The position numbers and the translations under genes are program-made. Shown here piece by piece: positions 46,679 to 59,860 of a DNA stretch of 64,000 nt. Every line of letters starts with the position of its first letter. Position 1 is the stretch's first letter. This stretch comes from Podarcis muralis (taxonomy: Eukaryota), in NCBI RefSeq assembly GCF_964188315.1, contig NC_135668.1, positions 41,416,001 through 41,480,000 on the forward strand. The letters run 5' to 3'. The notes beneath the pieces were generated by a model. It was given only the letters and a program-made list of their open reading frames with translations, did not search any database and was not told the origin of the DNA.

Positions 46679-46764
46679 CCAAACTGACGTGAAGGTAGCA
46701 GGTTGTTCTGCCACTTTTCCAAATCCTTCAGTTGGACATCAAATCTGGGGCTGATCACACCACA
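46679..46764 (-). CDS. RPS15A: RPS15A exon 4
   Basis: tag|[29 protein letters not shown]|gtaagt; 86 nt. Confidence 0.98.
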
Positions 46765-47984
46765 CTATCAAGCCAAACAAAGGGGGAAAGACTTAACCAT
46801 ATTTCTAATGTATTACTTGCAAAGTTGAAAAGTCATTGAACTGAAGGATGTGGCATTAAAGTATTTTCAATAAATTTGATGTGCTACCCAATTCAACAGG
46901 AAGTGGAACCAGGGAAAAGTGCCTGGGAACAAGAAATGTTTGTGGGTTCAGGGGCTGTGATTTATAGCCAGTTCATATAATCCTGAACAGGATCCAGATG
47001 GCACTGTCAGTTAGGAACAGGATGAAACCATCTTGCTTGAGTTAAGCAGTGTCTGAATGGGAGACAAACTGGGAACCCTGCCTAGAACACATCTGAGTTG
47101 CATGATGGAAGGCAGCATAGAAATGGATTTACATGATGAGTTACATGATAGAAGGCAGCATAGATGGCCGAGGGGTGATGGTGGCAAGAGAGGCTCTTCT
47201 CTGTGGTGGCCCCCAGCTAGTGAAATGACCTCCCTTCTGAAGCCCATATTGTCAATATTATCACCATCATCAATTAAATTTATATACTGCCCTATACCTG
47301 AAGGTCTCAGGGCAGTTCATGGAACAATGCGTTTTGATGATAGGCTGAGACACATTTCTTTACCTAAGCCTTTGGATGAGTGCGTATCTTCCCTCCTCCT
47401 ACTCTGCTGTGTGCTGCAGTTCTGTGCTACTTTTGTTATTCTGATAACTGTGTTTTATTTTACAATTTCAATAACACACTGTTCTTAATTGTTATATTTT
47501 GCAACCCACCCAGCGACCATTTGGCGAACGGTGCGCTATAAATACAGATAACAAAATAAATAAATTGAAGCGCTGCCTCACACCAACATACAGGAGTTGA
47601 ACAAGAACATGTCAAATGCAAACACTGGCTTTGTCACAAGCCGCAGGGCACAACAGAAACCTTGGCATTATGCTACTTTGACAGGGCTGACAGAAATGCC
47701 AACATTTCTGCCAAGAGGCAGAGGTACATGCCAGTCTTCAACTACACTAAGGTTGCGTATTATATGCAAATTGCCTTCTGTGGAGTGTGACAAGCAACTA
47801 GCCTTCTTCACAACTTTTGAAGCAGCAGAGATGGGCGAGGATTGTCGCGGCAGCTAAGAAGTGATTTTGCCTCCTCCCCATTGCCGAATTTGAGGAGGAT
47901 GGAAGGGAGATGTTTGACTGCTGTACTAGCAGCAAGGGCCAGACAGCCGCATCCTATGAGGCTTAGTTTGGTCAGAATAAAGTA

Positions 47985-48181
47985 CAGTGGTACCTCAGGT
48001 TACAAACACTTCGGGTTACAAACGCTTCAGATTACAAACTGCTAACACGGAAGTAGTACCTTGGGTTGAGAACTCTGCGCACTAGCAGCACAGCAGGCCC
48101 CGTGAGCCTCAGGTTAAGAACAGTTTCAGGTTAAGAACGGACCTCCGGAACAAATTAAGTCTGTAACCAGAGGTACCACTG
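47985..48181 (+). mobile_element. Tigger-like MITE in RPS15A intron 3
   Basis: cagtggtacctc / gaggtaccactg TIRs with TA flanks. Confidence 0.85.
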
Positions 48182-49868
48182 TAGAGTTAACACTAAATAC
48201 ATTACTTATGGTAAATGAGCCACCGTAGCCGCTAGAGGACTGTGAAAATTTGTTTCTCAGGCTTTTTCGACTTGTCTACCTGTGTACTATCTGAAACCAG
48301 AGGGGCGCATTGGCTGCCAGATGTGAATATTATCATTATTTTCAGCTCTCTTGCCCCACTATAGCTTTCCACTTGATTACTGAAGTAGTGTTGTGCTTGC
48401 ATTAGGACCAACTGACAAGTCACAAAAATGGTGCGCTTTTGAGTTCTGTGGGACCAAATTCTTCCTCTGACAAGATGTTAAAGAAAGCAAAAAAGGAGAA
48501 GGTGGGAAGAGGAAAATGTTGCTGGCACAGGGCTACTCCATTTCTGCTTTATTTTGCCTATTTTGTGATTTTCAGTTGGTCCCAATGAAGGTCTTGTGAA
48601 TTTTCTAAATGAAGTCAAACAGCTACCGCCATTTTTCTTATTACTTCTAATAAGAAATTTGAAATCATTTATTTCAACAGGAAAGAAGACAGGCTCTGGA
48701 GGCCTCAAAAGCACACACACAATTTTGTGATATTCTGTTCTAACCATGGTTTTGTAATGTCTCCTATGAGCCAGCACAGCTAACTTAAACTTTTCAGTAA
48801 GAAATGATTCAGAACTTGGGTATGAATAGTTATATAATTTCATCCTGAATTTGTAATATCAGCCTGTAACTAACAATCAAGTCAAATATTTTGAAAACAA
48901 AGACAGAAAAAACATGTTCTGAAAACTATCGCAATACTCTTTTAAAAGTATAACAATATATACCGCCCTGTAACAATACTCTTAAAACTTGCAATATCCA
49001 GAACACAATGCACACATTAAAATTTGGTATCTAAAAGTGGCATGGAGAAGAAAATATAAATACAACCCATTTCAAAGATCCACCTGTAAGATGCTATGCC
49101 CTAACAGATCTGAATATATCAGTTTACCATCTATTTTCAGTTCTGGGCCTATTTACATTTGACCAAGCAGTCACAATACTAGGTAAGAAGAAGAAAATAA
49201 ACTCCAATCTCAGGAAAAATTAAAAACTGAGAAAATAAAAGCCCAAGAATCACTGGCAATGTGAATGCATTAATGCACATCTCAATTCAATAACGTAGAA
49301 ATCAAGTTAGAAACAAAATTATACAAATACAGTAGTAAAGTAAGAGTCTGCCTTATCAGATGTCTGGGTTCAAAGAGTTCAAAAGTCTCTTCACTGACTA
49401 GAACCAGCTCTCTAGTGTTTCAGGCAAGGAGTCCTTGCCATCTGCACCCAGAGATGCCAGAAGGTGAACCAGGAACCATAGGTTGATCGGAAGAGGCTTC
49501 CCAAGATTGATTTCAAAGAGGTCAAGGAGAAAGAAGAGGATCCATTGATGACAGCCACTTAGGTGGCACCCTAAAGGCTGTTCTCCAAGGATTTTTAAGA
49601 CAAGCAGAGTAGATGTCTTCCGATTGCCAGTTTTAAGGTACAATGTTGTCAACTCAAGTGAACCAGCACAGCAGCTGTTGCAGAACATTCAAAGGACCAG
49701 AGGACCTTGAAATGATATTCCTTAAAGCTCCAGGATTCACAGCTGCTTCTTTTCAAGCCATTCCCATTAAGGACCTCTTAAAGCCACTTGCTTATAACAA
49801 AAGTTCCCGTTTGGTCAGGCATACAATAATATGAACAAAACACATGGTCTGAACTGGCCCTAGGACTA

Positions 49869-50171
<303 letters not shown>

Positions 50172-50460
50172 CTATGAGGGTGGGATATATGAGCCAGTGT
50201 GGCATAGCAGATACTATTTGACTAGAACTAGGAACACAGGGGTTCAAATTCTTGCTGTGCCATGGAGACTTGGCTTGCATTTGGCAAGTTACTATTTCAC
50301 ACAGCCTATGGCATTCAAAGTGATTCAATTTGCAAAAACAAAACTGGAAGCCATTTTATAAAATCGAATGCTGCATGTTAATACAAGGATTACCATAGGT
50401 TTTTCAGGCTATTGTGCATGCTATCATATATATCAGCATACTTCGCTATTTCATTTAGTA

Positions 50461-50689
50461 CAGTGGTTCTTCGTGTTACATACTTAATCCGTTCATAACA
50501 GGAAACTGCTCATAACATGAGACGCACTTTCTCGAATGGCACCTCCCGCTGCTGCAGCACCGCCGGAGCGCAACTTCCGCTCACATCCTGGAGCAAAGGT
50601 CGCAACAAGGGGCATCTACTTCTGGGTTAGCGGAGTGAATAACCCGCAGCATTCGTAAGGGGGATGGTACGTAACATGACGTACCACTG
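50461..50689. mobile_element. Tc1/mariner MITE, divergent subfamily, RPS15A intron 2
   Basis: cagtggt..cgtgttac / gtaacatgacgtaccactg with TA flanks. Confidence 0.75.
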
Positions 50690-51080
50690 TATTGCTGCTT
50701 GTTTTTTTTTACAGAGTATGTACATGTAAGGACAGAGCCTTCTTGGCTAAACAATCAACTAATGATGAGAACAAAAATGGATGGTCCCTGAACCCCCTGG
50801 AGGAAGGACGAAGCACAGGTTAAAGAACTACTTGCACTGTACAATTTGAAGGAACAAGTTACTTGGCTTATGGTGAGCTGACCATTTTCACTGCCCCCAA
50901 CCCCAAGTACGCTGCTTCAACCACAGTCATCTTCAAACAAAACTTTTAAGTAATTAAGCCCAGTTTCAACCTATACCCACATCTAACTTTGAATATAATA
51001 TATTCACTGGCAGCTTTCCCAGCCAAGGTGATATCAGAGTTTAAAAGGCCAAAAAGCTGAATCTTTCCTGGACTGTTTTA

Positions 51081-51281
<201 letters not shown>

Positions 51282-53409
51282 CTAACATGTATCAGTTTTC
51301 TTTCTTCAAATGGTGGCTCACTGGATTGCGTCGGGATGTTGGAAGCAGCACAAAACATAGGGAGCTAATTAAAAGAGTAATCAAAACACACTTTCTAAAC
51401 AAATGTAAGGATATTACACCATAGATAACAAACAGCATGTATTATCTGCTGTTACGGTGTGGCCACTCCAATTGCAAATAAATCGTTTAGTTCACTGGCC
51501 AGTTAAAGCTACAAGCTTTAATTCCCAAGACAAAGCAAGTTAAGAACAATTCTGCTCTTAAGTTTTGGATAAGGGTAGTAAGTTGATATAATAGCCTCAG
51601 TAACTGCCTACAGAAAGGGGTGACTGTCACAGTGAATAAGTAGCAAGTACTGAATTGCAAGGGCACTACATTGTGTGTATTTCCAGAAAAAAATAACTGC
51701 AACTGTTGAATTCTTTTCAAAGAGCTCTAACAACCCAAAATCATAAAAAGTGTAGATTCAGCGCAGCCTTGCAAACAAGTTCACAAGGTACTAAGCTCAA
51801 ATGCTTACACAGTTACATCTGGTACAGTAGAAGTTTAAACACAAAAAGGATTAATTGCCTCCAATTCATAAGAACTGCCCAGGTTGGATGCTCTGAAGGC
51901 TATTCTTACTTAGGAGTTGCAATCAGGAGAGTATTTGCCCAGTGCTGTTCATACACACATGCCCCCTAGTGCAGCACACACAAACACTTCAAAATTTAAG
52001 AGCTGCTTATGAATGAAACAAGATGGTTTTGGGAGACTGTAATAGCTTTTTTGTGCGCAATTATCAGGCACTCATTGGGACTACATTAAGCTACCCTGCA
52101 TCAAGACACAGAGACTAGATTGGGCATATCTTCAAAGTCTGTGTTATTATTCTTTTTTAAGTCACATTTCCCCCTAGAAAGACCTTTAACAGATTATGTA
52201 GTTGCCATGACTACATGGGGGTGAAGAGTAGAGTCCCTTTGTACTCAAAGGGACACATATATTATACTTTGCATTTTCAGAAAAGAAGTCTTATACTGCC
52301 TCTGGGGTTCTAGTCCAAGCAAAGCCCTGAAGAATTATATTCCTTAGCCAGAAAAACACAGACATTGCCAGGATTCCTTAATTTGGGTTAAAACAATTAT
52401 CATATTTTGACACCTTGAACAAAGTCATATATTCATGTTAAGGACAAGGAGCAACAATGTTCAGGGGCACTATTGAATGCCAGTTGCTGGGGAGTCAAAG
52501 TGAGGGAGGCCCATTGCCCTCAAGACCTGCTTGTGACCATCCCAGAAGCATCTCTGAGAAACAGGGCACTGGACTTCACAACTTTGGTGTGATCAAGCAA
52601 GACTTACACAGCAACTCTTTGAATTATTAACACAGCAAGCAGCTCTGATGTATTTGCAGTAAGAATGCCACAAGAGATGGGCTTTTGTGTCGTCCCCCCA
52701 CACCACTTACAAGTTTAACACAAGCTCGTGAGTGCAATACTTTCCCGAAGCCAACGATCCCCAAAAGGAAAGAGTTATATTGTAAGCACTTGGTAAGGCA
52801 AACTACCCGCTCCAGCAACTGGAATGCATGAGAAGCTGAGGGCCCCAAACTTTGCTGCCCCAGTGAAGCATCCAGCGATCCGGGACGACCCGGAGCTGAA
52901 TGCCACCCATGTCGGCCAGCTATATCGCAGCAGCCTGCAAGCCACCCCCGCCCAAGCTGGTGCAGGCGCCCATGCCTCGCGAGGACCTAAAATGCAACCA
53001 CGAGGGGCACATGGAAGCTCCACTACGTGCCCTGGGGCTTACACGCATGTAAAGTAAGTTGCAGCCCGAGCGCGTGAACACGCAGCCGTGCCCGGCGTTC
53101 TTCGCCCAGCAAGGCACCTTCTGCCTGCCGGTCAAGGCCTCCCCGGTCAGGCACAGCCCGCCAGCCCAGCCCTTCCTCCACTCAAAGCCCCAGACCAAGG
53201 CATTCCTCTCCCAACCGCTCTCCCCCCCCCCCGGCTCCGTTCAGGCGGCCGCCGCGAGGCCCAGGAGAAGCGCGGTCATCTCCAAATAAGCTGCGCAGGT
53301 CGAGCGGAGCCCCAGCTTCCAGGAACCGGGTCGACAGCGGCCCAAGGAGACAGGATGGGTTCGATATACGACGGATGCCACCCAGGAACGGCCATCACCC
53401 GCTACTCAC

Positions 53410-53434
53410 CAGTGCAGCAATATGGCGGAAAAAG
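53410..53434 (-). other. RPS15A: RPS15A non-coding exon 1 with 5'TOP (TSS ~53434)
   Basis: CTTTTTCCGCCATATTGCTGCACTG|gtgagt; TCT initiator match; YY1 motif AATATGGCGG 53419-53428. Confidence 0.85.
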
Positions 53435-53508
53435 GAAGGCGGCCGGGCGAGCGCGGGGTGTTATGGGAAATCGAGGCGGCAGGATAACAAGGAAGTGGCG
53501 GGGGTTTC

Positions 53509-53518
53509 TCTCGCGAGA
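53509..53518. promoter_or_regulatory. TCTCGCGAGA (CGCG element) palindrome
   Basis: Exact motif ~75 bp upstream of the TSS; ETS site GGAAGTG at ~53491. Confidence 0.8.
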
Positions 53519-53624
53519 TTACCTTGTTCCCGGGTTAAAATGCCTCGGGGAGATTTACGCTCAGCCAGTGCTCGTCAACGGCTACGCTGTGGACCGTAGA
53601 GAACAAAATGTAGAGATATCTTGT

Positions 53625-53884
53625 CAAAACAAAAAAAATTCCTTCCAGTAGCACCTTAAAGACCAACTAAGTTAGTTCTTGGTATGAGCTTTCGTGTGCA
53701 TGCACACTTCTGCACACGAAAGCTCATACCAAGAACTAACTTAGTTGGTCTCGTATCTGAAGAAGTGTGCATGCACACGAAAGCTCATACCAAGAACTAA
53801 CTTAGTTGGTCTTTAAGGTGCTACTGGAAGGAATTTTTTTTGTTTTGACTATGGCAGACCAACACGGCTACCCATCTGTAACTG
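53625..53884. mobile_element. Penelope-like palindromic insertion (PLE-2) upstream of RPS15A
   Basis: 88-bp perfect arms 53623-53710 / 53762-53849, partial tandem copy in the spacer, 12-bp TSD GAGATATCTTGT (53613-53624, 53885-53896). Confidence 0.87.
53753..53790 (+). ncRNA. Minimal type I hammerhead ribozyme motif
   Basis: Identical to the 41424-41461 motif; core CTGAAGA 53757-53763, GAAA 53779-53782, predicted cleavage after C53786. Confidence 0.8.
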
Positions 53885-54289
53885 GAGATATCTTGTGTTA
53901 AGGCTGAATCGACACAAAGGGCTCAATTTTCTGATCTTTTAGGATGCGATCTTCTGCGTACTCATTTGGGAGCAAACCTGTTGAAATCACTGGGACGTCG
54001 CTTTGAGTAGATAGCTGCAGTGCTCAGAATGTCTTTGAGCTGGATTTTCCCAGGATTTTTTTAATTTTTTGGCAGCAGCTTCTCCACTCAGAAACGGAAA
54101 GAATCCGCAAACCTATGCATGCCACATTTGAGGGGAATTCTTAAAAATAAAATTTTGGAAGCAGAAAACATTTTAAAGTGCAACATGTCTGCATGCAAGT
54201 CAATGAAGCGCAAGACTTCTGTGTTCAACGGACCGCTGGATTCAGGCTTGATCTCTCGATAAATTTTACATAGGTGATTATATGAGTTA

Positions 54290-54550
54290 GAAAAAGTACT
54301 TCCGCCAAGATTTCTCAACGGCAGCTACCCGGAAGTTGCCGACACTACATTTTCCTATCTCTGTGGCCTGAAGGCAAGGCGTCTTCAAACAGCTCGGCAG
54401 GAGTTGGCAGAGAGCGGATTCCCAGCCGCCCTTTCGGTTTTGGTATCCAGTAGCAACCAAGAACGCTTCCGGAAAAGGGGCGGGGCCAGGCGACGGTTTG
54501 TCGGTGCTCAGCCTGTTTCTGTCACTGCGCGGCAGGACTCCGTCGCATGA
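54290..54550. promoter_or_regulatory. Second CpG-rich promoter-like module
   Basis: ETS motifs (54298, 54329, 54467), GC box 54477-54486, ZNF143/SBS-like ACTACATTTTCC 54344-54355. Confidence 0.55.
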
Positions 54551-54827
54551 ATTCATTCTACTGTATACGCACTACACGTTTTATCCCGTTTCCTCCAGGC
54601 CACACACACGCGAGTTGCTCCAAGGCACCATATAGGGATCTTCCCTTTCCTCCATTTTACTCTCACAGCCACCTTAAGTGAGATAGGCTAGGGCACAGTC
54701 CATAGCTGTCAACTTTTCCCTTTTCTTGCGAGGAATCCTATTCGGAATAAGGGAAATTCCCTTTAAAAAAGGGAGACGTTGACAGCTATGGCAGAGTCCC
54801 CCAACCTTGGGTTCCTCAGGTACCGTA

Positions 54828-55069
54828 CAGTGGTACCTCGGGTTAAGTACTTAATTCGTTCCGGAGGTCCGTTCTTAACCTGAAACTGTTCTTAACCTGA
54901 AGCCCCACTTTAGCTAATGGGGCCTCCTGCTGCTGCCACGCCGCCGGAGCACCATTTCTGTTCTCATCCTGAAGCAAAGTTCTTAACCCGAGGTACTATT
55001 TCTGGGTTAGCGGAGTCTGTAACCTGAAGCATATGTAACCTGAAGCGTATGTAACCCAAGGTACCACTG
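54828..55069 (-). mobile_element. Tigger-like MITE
   Basis: Same family in reverse orientation, TA flanks, small internal tandem duplication. Confidence 0.87.
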
Positions 55070-58000
55070 TATTTTAATGGGAGTACAACGCCCGCCGCCC
55101 TTGACTATTGGATAAGCTAGCTGGGGATGATGGGAGTTGTAGTCCAAGGACGTCTGGAGACCTAAGGTTGAAGAAAACTGGGCTAGACTAGGGTAACAGA
55201 GACCAGGTTGCCTGGCCAGTTTCATCAATGATTTGAACCTGCCTCTTACATGATTCATGTTGCCTTCTTGAGGGTAATGAGGCAGATCTGGTGCTGTGCC
55301 CCGAGTTTTGGTACCATCCAGAAGCAGGCTGAAGCAAACGCCTCAGGTGGTGGAATCCGTGGGGTAGCGCCCCACCCACTGCCGCCACCCAAGAAGTGAG
55401 GGCAGGTTCCGGCAAGCGCTCTGCAGTTATTCTAGTGCAGTCGCCCCCATGGAAAATGTGACACGTTCTCAGTCCTTTATTTAAGAAGCATGAAGGGTTC
55501 CCCACCCAGGCAGCTCCTCTGTCTGTCTCCGGTTAGGCCTAGCATGGGGAATCTTTCTCAGCCAGAGGGCTGTATTCCTTTCTGGGCAACCTTCTGAAGG
55601 CAGAAATGAGCACAGGAACAAATGTAAATGTTAACATTATTTATTAACAGCATTTATATGTGGCCCTTTAGGCACAAAGTCTCCTAAGAGGGGCTTGCAA
55701 AAATCAACAACCTAAGTTTACCTTTGTACAGTAGTTTCTATGCACTCACAAATCTTTCTCCATCTTCCATCCAGAGAAGGAAGAGGAATTATGAAAGTTC
55801 AGTGACACATTTGAGACAGGCAAAAATAATTGGGGTGTGAAGCAGTGCCAGGGGAGAGGGTGTGGCTGGGGGGGTGTTTCAAAGTCCAGGGAGATAGCAT
55901 TTGGCCCCTTGGCCTGAGATTCCCCAGCTTGCTAGGCCCTATAATGTTATATAGATGTTACCAAGGAAAATACTCAGAAGATGCCAAACCACTTTCTTAG
56001 GAAGGGATAAAAGGAAGTCTCAAGCAGATGAGGAAATATTTTCAGCCTCACAAGATTGAGGCATGAGGCATTTCCTAAAGAGACAGTTTTACCAACACTG
56101 AAAGGATGACATTATGCAACAGAGTGGAGGATAACTTGAGGGGAACCTAAAGGCCTCAGCAGCAGCCTTTAGAGGCAGGGGTAGTCAGATGGTAGTCAGA
56201 GTAGAATCTACTAGTAGATCTCTGGTGATGATTGGCAGTTAGCTCATAAACGGTTTGTGCTTGCAAAGGAGCATCACCATCAACCAAAAGTCTTTTTCTC
56301 CTCTTAAACTAGCTAGCTCAAATCAAGAAAGCCTGGGAAGTCTGAAGATTTGTCTTTAAAAGGGGGGGGGGGCTCTAGATCTGGTAAGGAAAATAAATTT
56401 AAACTGAGTATGTGCTGAAGGCTGTTATGCTATTCTACATCTGCATTCCTGAGCCACTATTTTCCATCTGGCTCTGTTTGAAAGTTCAAAACTGAATTCT
56501 GCCCACATGTGTCTTAAGACATCAATAAGTTAGTTCCAATTTTGCTATGACTTTATTTTCCTGGTTAGATGAATGGAGAAAAGCAGACAGGGGCCTTACA
56601 TACACATTCAATAATTGCCATTTTTTCCTTCTACTAGCATTTTTATTCAACTTTTAGCTCTCTAGATAATACATTTATTATCCATCTACATTACGTATCA
56701 ACGCAATCAAAAGTAAAGCAGCAGCATTAACCAAAAAAAGGCTGGTACATGGAACTTATTTCCCCTCCCTCCAAGTCTTTTCTCTACCTTCCCACCCTAC
56801 ATGGCTCCCTCGTAAATCATATTACAACATTGCTTTCCCTTCACGTAAAACACTGCACTCCTACCCAAACTAGGTAAAGTTGGTTTAGTTATCCTGTCTA
56901 AAATAAATACACAAAATCAGGGAGTGGGGGGTGGGTAGGACTTATGGGAAAGTGTGATGTTTTTGAAAGAAACCTGTTCCTGTCACTTAAGCTATCACTA
57001 AATCATTCCAAAATAGTTTTATATTTCACCATTTTGTTGCTAGTGCCCATAACTGCTAGATACAGGAACTGCCATCACAGACTTCCAATGACTAAATATA
57101 ATTCATTTTGCAACTGTAAGTTCTCATTTTTCTCAGGATTTGTGTGCTGCTTCTAATGTCCAAAATGAAGGTATATTTTCAAATATGGTATCCATGAATG
57201 GGAGGAATACTTACTACAATGATAACTAAGTTGGCATACCGAAATATTTCAACCCAAGGAGCAGTAATAGGTAATGTTGCTCCTTCCACCTCCGGAAGAA
57301 AACCTGCTTCAGGGATTTCTCTTTTCACTAGCCTTAGTAAGAGGCTTTGTATCTTCTCCTAAGGCAGAGATCTTGTGAGGTTGCTCTAATGAGTCCGAAA
57401 ATGGTTTTCCATTTGTTTGGAAAAACAGAATGCCCTGACTAAGAGTCACATGTCACAAGAGATCCAACATAGGCATGTTTAAGTGTTGAACGCCACCCTA
57501 GTGTCCTTATGCAGATAAGTTATCTGCACCATGTTACATACTAGTATGGCAGTAAAAAATGAGCCACATCCCACCCCTGGCTTTCAAAAATGTTAGATGT
57601 GCGTGAAGAGAGAAAGACTGCTTTTTAATGTTGCGAGCCAATTAGTAAGAGAGTGATGATAAAAATAATATTTGTGTTACTTCTAGTTAGAAGACTTTCT
57701 ATTCCTTGCTGCCAATGCTGCCAACACAGTTATGGCCTTTCGGGCTTCACTATAGGCAATATATCACAAGAGCAACTTAAAAACTTTGTCCTTTTGAGAC
57801 ACATTTACAAAAAATGTGTACTGAATTACAGTGTTTCAGAGAAAACTGAAAGGTTGTGAACTTAGAATGAAAAGCAACTACAATCTGTAAAGCAGTAATG
57901 TAAGCAGCAGATCTCATTTTGTCAAAAAAGATAATAATGAAACAAAAAAGTTTCAAGATTTCTCAAGTCTATATTTTCAAACGTAAGATAACACTGTTCA

Positions 58001-58374
58001 TCAATTTACAATTAAGACAGAAATTTGCCTGTAAAACGGAAATTTAAGATGCCTATCATTTTAACAGGTTACAAACTTTTACTTAAGAAATGTGTAGTAA
58101 AAACAAAATAGCATTAAGAAAACACAAATAACTCCAGAGACTTGTTGGCAAGACAGACGCATCACGTATTTTCAACATGATTTTATATAAGACCATATTT
58201 TTAAAAAACTACAGACATGTTTCACAACACCACAACTAGAGCTATTTAAATAATAGAAGCAATGAAGTTGACTGTCTGTGCATCCTGACTTAAGTTTTTT
58301 CATTCAGTTTCAGTGCAATTAAGTTGCATTGCAGAGCTACAACTACAACTGGGATTCAGAGTTTAGGAGCTTTG

Positions 58375-58380
58375 TTTATT
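58375..58380 (-). terminator. ARL6IP1: Candidate ARL6IP1 polyadenylation signal
   Basis: AATAAA ~400 nt after the stop with a GT-rich downstream tract; more distal candidates at 56642 and 56674. Confidence 0.4.
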
Positions 58381-58774
58381 CAAATCACCTGTCACCTACA
58401 ACATCGTACATTTAGCAATTTAATTTAGAGGGCATTTTGAAGTAAATCTAGACAGTCCAGAGGGTCCTTAAAATGCTCAAGAGGAATGGAAAATGTTACC
58501 CAGTTCACCACCACCAGTTGTTATTGATCAGTCTTATTACAGTATTGAAGTTGCTAGTCACACTTACTGTAAGAATAACTGTCCGTGTTAGAAGACTATT
58601 AGTGTGTGACTGAGGGACCATACAGTTCCTGTTTAAACAGCGTAAGAAGGGCCCTTATTTAAAATCAAAAAGCGATGACTGAAATAAGCACTTCTATACT
58701 ATTAAACACACAATAATTCGTTGAATTGTTCCCAGAACACAATTATACTATAGAGTGAATTAGCAAGCAATGTT

Positions 58775-58893
58775 TCATTCGTTTTTCTTCTCCTTTTGCT
58801 TCAGGAGTTTGTTGACCTCCCTTTTTGCCATTCCAGCATATTTTGAAATTATTCCGTGCTTGTTTAACCCAGGAAACAACAAGAAGCAGCTCA
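58775..58893 (-). CDS. ARL6IP1: ARL6IP1 exon 6
   Basis: cccctag|(V)SCFLLFPGLNKHGIISKYAGMAKREVNKLLKQKEKKNE*; 119 nt. Confidence 0.96.
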
Positions 58894-59067
58894 CTAGGGG
58901 AGTAAAGAAGAAGTTATCACCAACTATGTTCATTTGCAAATTCATCCCCCATACCGACTCATCTAATTTATGTTGCAATCGCTTCATTATAGGCATCCCA
59001 ACTACAAATATCTCCCCCATTCTCTACTGTGGAAAAATACAGCAATATATTATTCTGCACCACTTAC

Positions 59068-59152
59068 CAATAAGGTAGGTGAGGAAGAGGTTATGAACTT
59101 GCTGTCCTATCCAAGCAATCACAGCTAAGGAACAGAGCATTGTCATGAAGTA
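59068..59152 (-). CDS. ARL6IP1: ARL6IP1 exon 5
   Basis: ctag|YFMTMLCSLAVIAWIGQQVHNLFLTYLI|gtaagt; 85 nt. Confidence 0.96.
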
Positions 59153-59742
59153 CTAGAAGAGAAATAAGAATGGTAGCAGTCCTTAAAAGTAAGTTATGAA
59201 GGCATGATAGTTACCTCTCTAAGTACTTTCCCTGCTGCTATTAAAAGCAGCATTATTGATTTAGCATGGATTCTGAATGAGTGAACAAACAAACACACTT
59301 AGCAGTATATCTCATTCACTTCAGTGGAAATTTATTTCAAGCAAGTAGGTTTTAGGAGCTTAGTTTATATTGTTATTGGCTTGCTGGGTGCATTAGGACG
59401 ATGTTATAAATTGCAGACAGGAATATATTTGCATACCACTACAATAACTGTCCTAGAGACTATGAAGCAAAAAACAACAACCAAAAAGTGCCTGAAACAA
59501 AAGTGGGGGAGGGGGGGAGAGTAAAATACTCAAATCAAGATACCATAAAAAGCTCTGATCAGATGGTGTGTGCACTTACTAAAGCATTTTAGGTAAGAAA
59601 AAGGGATTTTCATTTAAAAAACAAATATACATGCCAGTCACCAAAAGCATTTGTTTTTGTATATGTAAGGCAGAATGGATTTATAAAGCAACATCCAATT
59701 TGCAATAAGGATGAAACATTTTCAGAGAAGCACATATATTAC

Positions 59743-59860
59743 CATTTTAGGCTTTTCCTCCTTAAATGTGAAAAGACGTTTCCACCAACCAACAATTCCA
59801 CGCCGTGTTTTTACCAGGTTGCTACAAATTTCATGGAACCGCTGCTGTTGCTCAGTAGTC
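59743..59860 (-). CDS. ARL6IP1: ARL6IP1 exon 4
   Basis: ttaaag|TTEQQQRFHEICSNLVKTRRGIVGWWKRLFTFKEEKPKM|gtaata; 118 nt. Confidence 0.96.

Larger units (their letters stand above)
52800..53600. promoter_or_regulatory. RPS15A: CpG island over RPS15A promoter, exon 1 and proximal intron 1
   Basis: Dense CpG and high GC relative to background; boundaries approximate. Confidence 0.85.

Noticed and set aside
53088-53651. 187-aa + strand ORF antisense to RPS15A
   Set aside because: Stop-poor GC-rich CpG island; runs into PLE-2; no similarity.
54490-54546. GCGACGG/CCGTCGC-closed fold, possible Y or vault RNA
   Set aside because: Lacks their conserved termini and a Pol III T-run terminator.
57280-57450. 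Short open frames on the - strand as an alternative ARL6IP1 last exon
   Set aside because: Weak acceptors, more than one frame open, no similarity; more likely 3'UTR.
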